This document shows positions 1 to 10,698 of a DNA stretch of 32,114 nt, in pieces (position 1 is the stretch's first letter; each line of letters begins with the position of its first letter). The position numbers and the translations under genes were made by a program. The notes below the pieces were generated by a model. The model did not search any database, was not told where the DNA came from, and saw only the letters and a program-made list of their open reading frames with translations. The stretch is from Octopus bimaculoides (taxonomy: Eukaryota): contig NC_068990.1 of NCBI RefSeq assembly GCF_001194135.2, forward strand, positions 74,476,484 to 74,508,597, given 5' to 3'.

Positions 1-57
<57 letters not shown>

Positions 58-320
58 TCTATATACATATATATGTACACATATATATGTGTGTGTGTGT
101 GTGTTTATATATATATAGAAAGTGGAAGAGAAATATGAATATATATATGCATGTATCTCTCAGTATCTGTATATATGTATATGTATATCTGTATATATAT
201 CTATGTATATATGTGTAGATTTATGCGTATATATGCATGCATGTATGTATGTATGTATGTCTATGTGTATGTATATGGTTATTGTTTGTGTTTGTGTTGG
301 TACTTATGTATGAATGTATG
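1..320. repeat. Compound microsatellite (TA)n/(TG)n/(TATG)n
   Basis: About 25 perfect AT units at 1-50, followed by degenerate TA/TG/TATG runs; explains the ORF at 122-313. Confidence 0.95.
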
Positions 321-1029
321 ATAAAGAAAGAAGTCATTGAACGGGAGTAGAAGAAAATAAAGGAAACGGAACGAAAGAAAGATAGAGAAACGGACACAGA
401 CATACATGCATACAGACAGACAGACGCATGGAGGAGAAGGTGGGGAGAAGCAAAATGGGTAAAAGTAAAAATGCTTGAGAGAGAGAGAGAGATACATATA
501 TAGATAAATAGATAGATATGGGTGGATAGAGATAGTGTGTGCGAAAGTGAGAAATGCGTTCATCATGAAAATAATGAATGAATATGGAAATTTAAGTGAA
601 TCAATCCTAACCACTCTGATTCATTATGGTCACTTACATACTATCTTCGACTTATCGTTAGGAGGAAAAATTACTAATGAATAATTCAGCTAGTTATTTG
701 TCACTAAAGCCAAGAGATAATATATAGCAAAAACTTGAAACAAACTAACCAAACACCAGTGTGTGATCGATTTACTAACTAGTAATATGTATGTGTTAAT
801 ATATATTCCAGCTCGCTGTACATATACATGTGTATGTGTGTGTGTATTTGTATATATGTATATATGTAAATGCAAGCATATATATATATGCATACGTCCA
901 GATAAAGAGAGAGAGAGAGAGGAGGGGGAACCAAGTGCAAAGGTGATGTAAGGGTTTATAGGTATGCGCATAGTCTCACTACTTATGAATATGCATACAT
1001 ATAAACATGTATGTCATCGTATATGTGAA

Positions 1030-1106
1030 TACATACACAGACACACACACACATATATAGGTATATCTATGTACATATGTATAGTTATATATACATATAT
1101 ATACAT

Positions 1107-1187
<81 letters not shown>

Positions 1188-1222
1188 GTATATATGTAGG
1201 TATGCATGTATGTATGTATATA
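1030..1222. repeat. Compound microsatellite (CA)n/(TA)n/(TACA)n
   Basis: Direct reading; pure (CA)n about 1116-1151 followed by (TA)n. Confidence 0.95.
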
Positions 1223-2155
1223 GTTCTCAACTTTTATAGTGATTTCAGTCATTGGACTGTGGCAATGGTTGTATGTATCGCTTTATACACTCGTGTTTAT
1301 CACTGCGTACAAATACATTCGTAAGCAAAGTGAAAGCATGCTTGCATACAGCTAAATGTATGTGTATATGTATGTCGGTTTGTGTGCGTACATTAATGCG
1401 TGCGTTTATGCAAATCTCGGCTGCCTTGATCATTTTATGTGAATTGTGAATGTAAATATTCTCCCTGGATCCAGAGACCATTACAATGGCAAATTAGATA
1501 CTAGTGATGAGCTTAACCCTCCACTGGTATTCAATGAAAGTCAAATATGGATTAGGGTGGTCAAGGATTTGAAATAAAAGAAAAGGAGAAAGCATAACGT
1601 GTGGATTTCCCATTAAAATCGAAAACATTTTGTTCCAACGAAAGACCGAAATGGTAATTCAAAATCCAGAACCAAATTAGGTGGAAAATTTCTGGGGATA
1701 AATTAGGTATTTAGTAAACAAACTAATTTGGCATACTTAGTTTATTCCTGTGGAGTTAGTCTTACTTAAGATATAGTACTAAATTTTACTTCATTATTTC
1801 GCATCCACTGCGTTCATTATCTTTCCTTCATTTTCTTTTGTTTTATGTATATTGTTGTTATCTTTTGAGAGGAGGAGGAAGAATGAGTCCATAGTGCTGT
1901 TTCTGACCCAAATGGTATTCAATGAACGTCAAATATTTTGTTTAACGATCAAATCATAATACATCAATTAGTTTTTATTTTTACTTTTTCTTAATTAACC
2001 TGCAGTTAATTATGTTCTAAGCCTTAAATGCCACCATGTGCTAACCCTCCCTCAAATCACGCGCTACCATCTAATAAAAGATGGATAACTATCGAGAAAA
2101 AAAAGAAAACAGTGAAAGAAATAAATGTCTGGGTGAAAAATCTGATCGTGTGAAG

Positions 2156-2230
2156 CTGGGGTTCTCGAAACGGGATACGCGTATACTTAAGGTAATACAA
2201 GAGAAATTGCAAGGGTACGTGATGTTTTTT
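2156..2230 (+). mobile_element. Possible degenerate hAT-type terminal fragment
   Basis: CTGGGGTTCTCGAAACGGGATACGCGTA...AAGGGTACGTGA resembles the CAGGGGTTCTCAAAC..GGGGTACGCG ends of hAT/Charlie-type elements. No partner end or TSD found. Confidence 0.3.
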
Positions 2231-2504
2231 CAAAGTAATCGGAACTAACTTGTTTGTCTAGATAATATGTGAGTATGTTGAGCTGTTCCCACCCTCTTGT
2301 CATCGTGAATAAGGGTGAATAAGGCTTTCATTGATTTGTATAACCAAAAGACAAATCTCGTGCAAGAGTATCAAAGAGTATCTATGCGTGTGCATCTTTG
2401 AAACTGCCTAGAAGGGAATTAGTTTTAAAAAGAGCCAAACTCATTCATCTCATAAAAAAATATGACATCAAATCTAATGAATGTGATTGTTTACAAACGC
2501 AGAA

Positions 2505-2616
2505 TGCGAGGAATTGGTGGGGCGAGAACAGCCGATTATATCAACCCTAGTTTTTCACTGGTATTTACTGACTCTGAAAGAATAAAAAGCAAAGATGACC
2601 ATGGCAGGATTTGAAC
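2505..2616 (-). mobile_element. tRNA-derived SINE family B, diverged 5'-truncated copy
   Basis: Reverse complement reads GTTCAAATCCTGCCATGGTCATCTTTGCTTTTTATTCTTTCAGAGTCAGTAAATACCAGT..ACTAGGGTTGATATAATCGGCT, which aligns to the copies at 11952-12170 and 26665-26848. Confidence 0.7.
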
Positions 2617-2910
2617 ATTTCTTTCAATTAAATTAATAACAAAATGATACATGTCTATTGCCTCTGCTGTGGCATCCAACTCTTTTGCAGTATACTCTTC
2701 ACGTCAGCACTGCTGGGCAGAATAAAGAGGTAAAACAGAGGAAATAATTTAGTAAACTTGATGTAAATGTATGTTCAAAAGTATTCCAGCCGTGACCATA
2801 CTATATTTCGTTTGCAGATACATTGTGTAAAGTGACCTTCTTATATTGTAAGGCGGTGAAAATTGATACCAGAGTGATTTCACTTACATTTCTATTAAAG
2901 TCAGGTAATG

Positions 2911-3349
2911 CAGTGGTTCTTAACCTTTTTACTACCACACCTCCCCTAGGAATTTGTCTTTCTTTCCATGCCTGCATCTGTGAATAAAATTCCCAGATTT
3001 TAAATAAAATCGAAAATATGTTTTTAGACTTTTTATTGAATATGAATTAGTCACGTTATACAAAATATGTACAGTTTCATATGTAATCACATTATACTAA
3101 AAGTGAGATTCTTGACATTGCTTCTCAGCAAAATAAGTTTTTTTTTTTTAATATGAATTAGTCACATTATTAGTGAGTTACTTAGACACTGCTTCTTAGC
3201 CACAAGAGAGTGCACAACGTAAGTCTCTTTCAACGTTCATGCTGTTTCTGTAATTGGTCTTGACAGCAACGAGCGTGAAAATTTGCAGCTTCGCAAAGAT
3301 ACGTGGGTCCAAACATAACTAACATCTGAAGAGCCTTATGAGAGATCAT
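2911..3349 (-). mobile_element. hAT (Charlie/Buster-like) DNA transposon 3' end: TIR plus frameshifted C-terminal dimerization-domain remnant
   Basis: TIR-like CAGTGGTTCTTAACCTT at 2911-2927. Minus strand 3349-3284 gives MISHKALQMLVMFGPTYLCEAA; after a frameshift 3273-3205 gives LVAVKTNYRNSMNVERDLRCALS, then LVAKKQC..TH*. This matches the Buster/Charlie-type pattern TYLCE.GFS.L..IKTKYRN.LNVE.DLR.ALS...KKQ.Q.SH*. Confidence 0.8.
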
Positions 3350-3581
3350 AAGTATAAGTCGGTAGCATATACACTGGTTTTTATAGTTGTCCTGAGGTCT
3401 CTATCTCGTCGCCAGCAGACGTCGACATCCTCTCTGTATTATTACCTTTAACCGAGCAGAACATCCAGGGTCCGACAGCTAGCGGGATCGAAGTCTGCAC
3501 TAGCACACTGTTGTTTGTTACTCACTTTATAGATGAGCAGGTGAAAGCCAAATGAAATGCAACATTTAACTAAAGGACAAC

Positions 3582-3597
3582 TCACCAGGTGGCGCTA
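3582..3597 (+). promoter_or_regulatory. CTCF-like core motif
   Basis: TCACCAGGTGGCGCTA versus the consensus CCACCAGGKGGCGCTA. Motif match only; no evidence of binding. Confidence 0.3.
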
Positions 3598-3793
3598 TTG
3601 AGTTAGACATGACCAGGGTCTATACTGGCCGAAACCTATCAAAATCATCAAAGTTAAGAAACCAGGAAACAAACCAACGCCTTTATGACCGTGTGACCCA
3701 CATCCTAACCACTGGAGCACGTGCATACTTAAAATATGTACGTCAGTACTTATTTTTGAGATATGCTCGGTCAGACCTACGAGGCGGTGCTCG

Positions 3794-3895
3794 GTACTAC
3801 TACGTATCTCGCCTTACCCCTCTTGTTCTTCCTCTGTACTACTACGCATCTCGCCTTACCCCTCTTGTTCTTCCTCTGTTACTACTACGTATCTC
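3794..3895. repeat. 42-bp minisatellite, about 2.4 copies
   Basis: GTACTACTACGYATCTCGCCTTACCCCTCTTGTTCTTCCTCT at 3794-3835 and 3836-3877 (1 mismatch), plus a partial third unit at 3878-3895. Confidence 0.95.
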
Positions 3896-3979
3896 CTTTT
3901 CCCCCTCGTATTTCCTCTCTTTCTCTTTTCCTCTCGTTGCTCACCATTCTTCTACTTCCTCCCTCTCTTTCTCCCTCTA

Positions 3980-4174
3980 NNNNNNNNNNNNNNNNNNNNN
4001 NNNNNNNNNNNNNNNNNNNNNNNNNNNNNNNNNNNNNNNNNNNNNNNNNNNNNNNNNNNNNNNNNNNNNNNNNNNNNNNNNNNNNNNNNNNNNNNNNNNN
4101 NNNNNNNNNNNNNNNNNNNNNNNNNNNNNNNNNNNNNNNNNNNNNNNNNNNNNNNNNNNNNNNNNNNNNNNNNN
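3980..4174. other. Assembly gap (N); other gaps at 7993-8690, 18531-18540, 20177-20203, 23704-24121, 25388-25813, 29147-29659, 30451-30787
   Basis: Runs of n, each flanked on at least one side by a (TA)n or (CA)n tract. Confidence 1.
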
Positions 4175-4180
4175 TATATA

Positions 4181-4500
4181 GGAGTGGCTGTGTGGTAGAT
4201 AGCTTGCTTACCAACCACATAGTTCCGGGTTCAGACCCACTGCATGGTACCTTGGTCAAGTGTCTTCTACTATAGCCTCGGGCTATAGTAGATGTGTGTG
4301 TAGATGTGTGTGTGTGTGTGCGTTTGTCGACCGATGCTGGTGTGTTTACATCCAGGTATTTTAGCGGTTCGGCAAAAGAGACCGATAGAATAAGTACTAG
4401 GCTTACAAAGAATAAGTTTTGGGGTCGATTTGTTCGACTACAGGCGATGCTCCAGCATGGCTGCATTCAAATGACTGAAACAAATAAAAGAGTAAAAAAA
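4181..4500 (+). mobile_element. tRNA-derived SINE family A with internal (TG)n tract
   Basis: A-box-like TGGCTGTGTGG at 4185, B-box-like GGGTTCAGACCC at about 4227, internal (TG)n, 3' body GATAGAATAAGTACTAGGCTTACAAAG..GGGGTCGATTTG..GCTCCAGCATGG..ATGACTGAAAC and an A-rich tail. Colinear with 16509-16893 and the reverse complement of 30178-30450. Confidence 0.85.
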
Positions 4501-5542
4501 CTATATATCTATATAGGCGCACACATACACGTGTATGTACAGATCCATATAGTAATGCATATTTACATTCGCGAGTATAGACACGCACATACACACATAC
4601 ACAGATGTTTAATATTCATATCAATTCTCTAGAAAACAAACATAAACAAATAACACGAAAACATACTAGTATTTAACTATTCTAACATTATAGTTCCTGG
4701 AAGTCACTATGAGAGGCATTATAACCTTCTCAAGAATATAATTTCTTTGATTGTCTGTGGAATGTGTTTTATCACTAGAAGAATTTCCAACATGATGAAT
4801 TGAAATCAGCACCACAAGATAATAAATATATGAGTCATCAATACCATGGCTTACTGTTGTGGCTGCTGCTGGTACTGCCGCTGTTTCTGTAGATGACTAA
4901 AACAGTGGATTAGGCCTTTTGCTGTACCTACTTTGAGCTAGATTGACACGGTCATTTGGAGATTAAGGTGTTTAAACCATTGATACAAAGCCTTATCGAA
5001 GCTCATTTCAGAATATGAACTGGCAACCTGTCTTATTACCTTGTGGACTCAGTCATCTGTGCTGGAAAGATATGTAGAGAGGTGGCAGAATAATGAATGA
5101 AGTACGTTGTGTTTGATATGACATGTTCAGTTGCATGAAAGACAGAGCACAAGGGAGCTGAGAGATTGCTTGAATATTAAATCCATCAGCCAACAGTTGC
5201 AGTACAAACATGCAAATAGTTAAACAGGCAAAAGTACGCACATATACACGCACATACAAACACACACATACACATACGAGCACGCATGATTTTTTTCTTG
5301 TTTTGGTTTACAAACATCAAAACAGAAACAAAAAAAAAACTACAAACAATACATATTGCAGAAAATATTTATGCGCCCCTGATATTTAATTCAGTCACTA
5401 CTTAGGATGCTTACGAATGAGAGGTGATGTCCATCTATGTATGGACATATGTAGAAAAATTGCGTACTTGTTAATCCCCTGCTTTTGTATAAATACATTG
5501 AAAAAACAAAAGTGCGTATAATGTTTGCCTCTCCCTCGTATA

Positions 5543-5582
<40 letters not shown>

Positions 5583-5686
5583 CTCACACACACACATATA
5601 CATACACACACACATACATATATTTAGTTTTGTATTTGGTTTGCAAGATTTTTATGTGAATTCGTGTGTTGAAGCATACTTTATTT

Positions 5687-5966
5687 TGTCTGGGTAGAGT
5701 CATTCTATTTTAGTGCCTTATTATTTAATACACACACCGGTTCGGTTTCCATTCATTAGTTATTTATTTTTTCTAAAATGTTCGTTGTGTTTTGCAACCT
5801 TTTCAATAGTCGTTGACTCTTGACTATTGAAAAGGTTGCAAGACTATTGAAAATGTTGCAGGACCCTACGAAAAGCTTAGAAGAACAAATAACTAAATGA
5901 GTGGAAATCAAACCGGTGAGTGTGTTAAATAATAAGGCACTAAAAGAGAATTACTCTCTCCAGACA
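5687..5966. mobile_element. Fold-back (palindromic) element, MITE-like, arms of about 125-145 bp and 10-nt spacer
   Basis: Perfect 20-bp inner stem 5792-5811/5822-5841; outer arms 5687-5742/5911-5966 match at 50 of 56 positions. A single arm recurs at 12446-12566. Confidence 0.8.
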
Positions 5967-6384
5967 CAATAATGTATACATATATGTATATATATATATA
6001 TTGCTGACGTCATCATCAGAATTCATAAGTTCTTGGGAGATCATGAAACAATAATATGTTCTTGTATTAGATTGCAAAATCCTTTTGGAGGGAAGTCGGA
6101 CCTTTCGATTTTATCTATCTTAAAAGGGTTTTACAACCCAATATTTATATGCTATCATTTATAGCTTTAATTGCTTCAAGATCTACTGTAGTCATGTGTG
6201 CACGTAAGAGGAAGTGTGCGCGCGCGAGCGTGTTATTTGTAACACAGTAAAGGTTAAAACTTCAAAGTTTTCGTTGTAAAACTAGAATAAATATATTTAC
6301 TAAATTATATTAAGTGGATATTCGATTAATATTGATTATTTTTCACATGTAACCCTACATACAAACAAATCTAACAATATATAT

Positions 6385-6508
6385 GTATGTATGTATTTAT
6401 ACAGAGAGAGAGAGAGTGTGTGTGAGTGATGCATAAATATATACGTAGATAGATGGATAGATAGATAGAGAGAGAAACAGACAGACAGACAGACAGACAG
6501 ACAGAGAT

Positions 6509-6552
<44 letters not shown>

Positions 6553-6564
6553 CGAGAGAGAGAC

Positions 6565-6609
<45 letters not shown>

Positions 6610-6680
6610 TAGATAGTTAGCTACATGGATAGATAGAAAAACAGAGAGAAAGAAAGAGAGAGGGAGAGAGAGAAACATGA
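6385..6680. repeat. Compound (GA)n/(GATA)n/(GACA)n microsatellite
   Basis: Direct reading; explains the YLSI/CLSV ORF at 6397-6732. Confidence 0.95.
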
Positions 6681-7419
6681 AATCACACACATGACGGTAC
6701 ACACGTACGCACACAGATGTACGTATGTGCAAGCTTATGCATTCATATAGTCACTTATAGATGAAGACATATGCAATTGCAAACATATATGTATCTATTT
6801 ATGCATGTGTCATTGTATAAGCAACTATGTGTATACGCGTATGTGTCTTATATAGGCATCTGTATTTATATACGCATGTGTATTTGCAGGAATATTTGTA
6901 AGAATTGTAGGGGCAGCTGGTGGGCGGGTATATATGAAAAGAAGCCTTGGGATTCAAACATATAACTGAATGAAAACGCAACGAAACTGGCACTATCAAA
7001 TTCTTGTGTTGCAATTTGTGATAGTATAAAGTAGGAAAGCATGTAATTGGGCAAACATGCAGCGAAGCGAAGCAAATTGAAGCTTTGATCTCTGTAACTA
7101 CTGATCCATAAGTAATGGTCACTATTTAAAAATATCGTCAGCATTGGATTTAAGTACTCTTTAGCCAGTCTCCTGCCTTTCCCCGCTCTCACCTCAATTC
7201 TGCCCTGATCAATTGGTACTATGTCTGGAATTGCTAACATAAAAGTGGACAGTGTAAGATATAAGATTTCAACAATCTATGAGACGTGCACTCACATGAA
7301 CGTACACGGAAAAATGCACAAATGGTGTATACGATGCACAATGCTCAAATGTCTGTTCAAACTATTCAACCCTAGCGTTTAGCAAACTGGTCAATCAGTA
7401 TATCATACATTTATACGGA

Positions 7420-7423
7420 CACT

Positions 7424-7457
<34 letters not shown>

Positions 7458-7675
7458 TGTATGTATGTATGCATGTATGTATGAGTGTTTGGGGTGGTAT
7501 GTAAGCATGTGTATATGTGTATATATGATGTATATATATATATATATATCATAGGTATATATAAAACGTATATAAGTATGTATACATAGTGGTATGCCTA
7601 GCTATCTACATATAAATATATACACACACATACATACACACACACAAACACACACACACTCATATATATATATAT

Positions 7676-7726
<51 letters not shown>

Positions 7727-7992
7727 CATACATACATACATACATGCATACATACATACATACATACATATGTATATATATATATATATATATACACAGA
7801 TGAATATATGCACATACATACATTCCTACCGACACACCCGCACACACACACATACACACACAAGTACTGTGTGTATGTACATGCAATGACTAAATGCAGC
7901 TGTCAATTAAATTTTTGCTATAGATATGAGTGCGTGTTTTTATGAATATACATACATACATATGTGTGTGTATATATATATATATATATATA
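7420..7992. repeat. Compound (TATG)n/(TA)n/(GATA)n/(TACA)n/(CA)n microsatellite block running into a gap
   Basis: Direct reading. Confidence 0.95.
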
Positions 7993-8791
7993 NNNNNNNN
8001 NNNNNNNNNNNNNNNNNNNNNNNNNNNNNNNNNNNNNNNNNNNNNNNNNNNNNNNNNNNNNNNNNNNNNNNNNNNNNNNNNNNNNNNNNNNNNNNNNNNN
8101 NNNNNNNNNNNNNNNNNNNNNNNNNNNNNNNNNNNNNNNNNNNNNNNNNNNNNNNNNNNNNNNNNNNNNNNNNNNNNNNNNNNNNNNNNNNNNNNNNNNN
8201 NNNNNNNNNNNNNNNNNNNNNNNNNNNNNNNNNNNNNNNNNNNNNNNNNNNNNNNNNNNNNNNNNNNNNNNNNNNNNNNNNNNNNNNNNNNNNNNNNNNN
8301 NNNNNNNNNNNNNNNNNNNNNNNNNNNNNNNNNNNNNNNNNNNNNNNNNNNNNNNNNNNNNNNNNNNNNNNNNNNNNNNNNNNNNNNNNNNNNNNNNNNN
8401 NNNNNNNNNNNNNNNNNNNNNNNNNNNNNNNNNNNNNNNNNNNNNNNNNNNNNNNNNNNNNNNNNNNNNNNNNNNNNNNNNNNNNNNNNNNNNNNNNNNN
8501 NNNNNNNNNNNNNNNNNNNNNNNNNNNNNNNNNNNNNNNNNNNNNNNNNNNNNNNNNNNNNNNNNNNNNNNNNNNNNNNNNNNNNNNNNNNNNNNNNNNN
8601 NNNNNNNNNNNNNNNNNNNNNNNNNNNNNNNNNNNNNNNNNNNNNNNNNNNNNNNNNNNNNNNNNNNNNNNNNNNNNNNNNNNNNNNNNNTATATATATA
8701 CATGGTGTGTAAGGTATTTGGGGATATACATTTAGGGGGTCATTGCTGCATTTTTTACTAGCTCTGATTAATTTTTGTTTCAGAAAATATT

Positions 8792-9650
8792 AATGACAGA
8801 CCCTCAGCTTACTCACGAAATGAAGAGGCATGCTGTTATTGTCGTTATAAAGGCTGAGCATAGCGATTTAGAATTATTTCGATTTTTAAAAGTTGCCAGT
8901 TCTTTCTTCTACAAAGTTTGTAAGGAGCTAGAGACTGAAGATGGAAACGCATCACCAGTATCAAAACATAAAACGCAGTCTAAACGCTTTGAAATCGTCA
9001 GAACACCTGAATTTATTCAACAAGTTCAACAGACCATTGATTACAATTCCAGAAATTCCATGAGGTCAATTGCAAAAGATCTCCATGTGTCTGAAGGAAC
9101 AGTCAGAAATGTTGTCCACGAAGACATCAGATATAAGTCTTATATGATGAGGAAAGGTCAATTTTTTTAGAAAAAGCAAAAGGAAATCACATCAGATCTG
9201 AAAGGTTCTTAAACAAACTGAAAAATCCAGCAGAAGAAGATTTGATTTAGTTTTTCTCAAACGAGAAAAACTTCGACTAAGATCAAAAATTTAACAAAAG
9301 AAATGACAGATCGTTCTGTGCAGACCCTTCTAAAGTTCTAAGAGTTATGCATACATAATTTCCTGCAACCGTCATGGTCTTAGGGGTTGTCCGCAATGAA
9401 GTATATATGATGCCTCCTTACTTCTTTCCACAAGACCTTAGAGTTAACTCTGCCACCTACAGTGAAGTCCTGGAAATAATTGTTAAACCCTGGATAGGCA
9501 GTGTATGCAATGAAAGGTAATATGTAATTCAGTAAGACTCTGCACTATCACACATCGCTCTGGTAACACAGAGCCGAAAATTTTCTTGATCACAGAACCC
9601 CTAACAGATCTCAATCCATTGGACTATTACATGTGGAGCGTTATAAACAA
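8792..9650 (+). pseudogene. Decayed Tc1/mariner transposase, DD37D (maT)-like
   Basis: N-terminal HTH region MKRHAVIV...RNSMRSIAKDLHVSEGTVRNVVHEDIRYKSYMMRKGQFF*. After a frameshift (from 9251): FFSNEKNFD*DQKFNKRNDR...FPATVMVLGVV...MPPYFFPQDLRVNSATYSEVLEIIVKPWI...YVIQ*DSA(L)SH, then DLNPLDYYMWSV. D2 (9536) and D3 (9622) are 83 nt apart; adding back two small deletions (28 nt in total, inferred from the usual WxAEN and WPPxSP motifs) gives 37 codons. Multiple stops. The element probably spans about 8701-9709 between TA dinucleotides. Confidence 0.85.
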
Positions 9651-9719
9651 TACATGTAACTTCTAGTAAATGTCTTGAGTATCATTTTCTTTCGTTTGCC
9701 CATCACTTGTATATTTATG

Positions 9720-9944
9720 GGTGCGTGCGCGTGCGTATGTGTGTGTGTGCGTGTACGTGTGCGTGTATGTATGTGCCTGGATACATAGATGCACGTATAT
9801 CTGTTCCTGACTGCGTAAGTATATACTTACCTATCTATGCGCATGGATTAATGTGTCTGTCTATCTCTCTCTCCCCTCTCTCTCTCTCTCGCTTATGTAT
9901 ATATGCATGTATGAATGCGTGTGTGTGTGTGCGACTGTAAGTAT

Positions 9945-9983
<39 letters not shown>

Positions 9984-10010
9984 TATATGTATACATATAT
10001 ATATACGCAC

Positions 10011-10043
<33 letters not shown>

Positions 10044-10045
10044 TC
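9720..10045. repeat. Compound (TG)n/(CT)n/(TA)n/(TATG)n microsatellite region
   Basis: Direct reading. Confidence 0.9.
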
Positions 10046-10552
10046 TGTATGGATATTATAAGTGAGTTATATTATATTCATCACCAAGTTTAAGGATACA
10101 CATTATTATATATAAATAAGTGCGTAAGGAACATTTTATTTACACAAATTCTATAGTGATTTTCTAGCTGTGGAGCCATCATAAGACACAAAACTGAATG
10201 AAGAAAACCATTTATTCGACAATTGCGTGTAGATTGCAATGAATTTATTGTTATTGTATTGAAATTCCTGAGAAATTAATTCTTCTAAATGATTCGCAGT
10301 ATTTTTAGAAGCATAATATATAATGAGCCACAGAGCAAAACTGGAAAAAAGGAATTTAAATTTAAGCAAAATAAAGGACTAAAAGAATCTTTAAAAATCT
10401 TTACAATGGAAAGCAATCACAATCACGTGGCTTGGGGTCATGTGATAAAAATGGACGGGTGTCAAGTTAAAACAGTAACATATTATGAGATATATTAAGA
10501 TGAGATACAAAGCAATCGAAAGCAATCAAAGTTTTTCCAGGTTTTTTTCGGT

Positions 10553-10604
10553 ATCATCACCATCCTCCTCCTCCTCCTCCTCATCATCATCATCATCATC
10601 ATCG

Positions 10605-10650
<46 letters not shown>

Positions 10651-10698
10651 TACCATCATCATTATCATCGTCGTCATCATCAGCAGCAACAACAGCAA
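10553..10698. repeat. Trinucleotide repeat (CTC)n(CAT)n(CAG/CAA)n
   Basis: Direct reading; source of the poly-Ser and poly-Met ORFs. Confidence 0.95.

Noticed and set aside
2691-2729. 39-nt plus-strand exon candidate (TTTTGCAG|YTLHVSTAGQNKE|GTAAAA)
   Set aside because: Mediocre donor, unrecognised peptide, flanked by repeat debris; expected by chance at this window size.
3650-3715. Possible left TIR of the hAT element (AAGTTAAGAAACCAG at 3651 or AACCACTG at 3707)
   Set aside because: Only partial matches to the 2911 TIR, and neither reproduces the 8-bp flank AGGTAATG as a TSD.
3794-3895. 42-bp repeats as a CRISPR array
   Set aside because: Units are directly adjacent with no spacers, there are no cas genes, and the context is eukaryotic.
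4181-4260. tRNA gene (also SINE heads at 11952, 16509, 27035, 28268)
   Set aside because: A- and B-box-like motifs are present but there is no complete cloverleaf, and the sequence continues into SINE bodies.
6866-7240. 124-aa minus-strand ORF as a complete gene
   Set aside because: No recognisable domain and it ends in microsatellite-derived residues; only the 41-nt exon candidate is kept as a lead.
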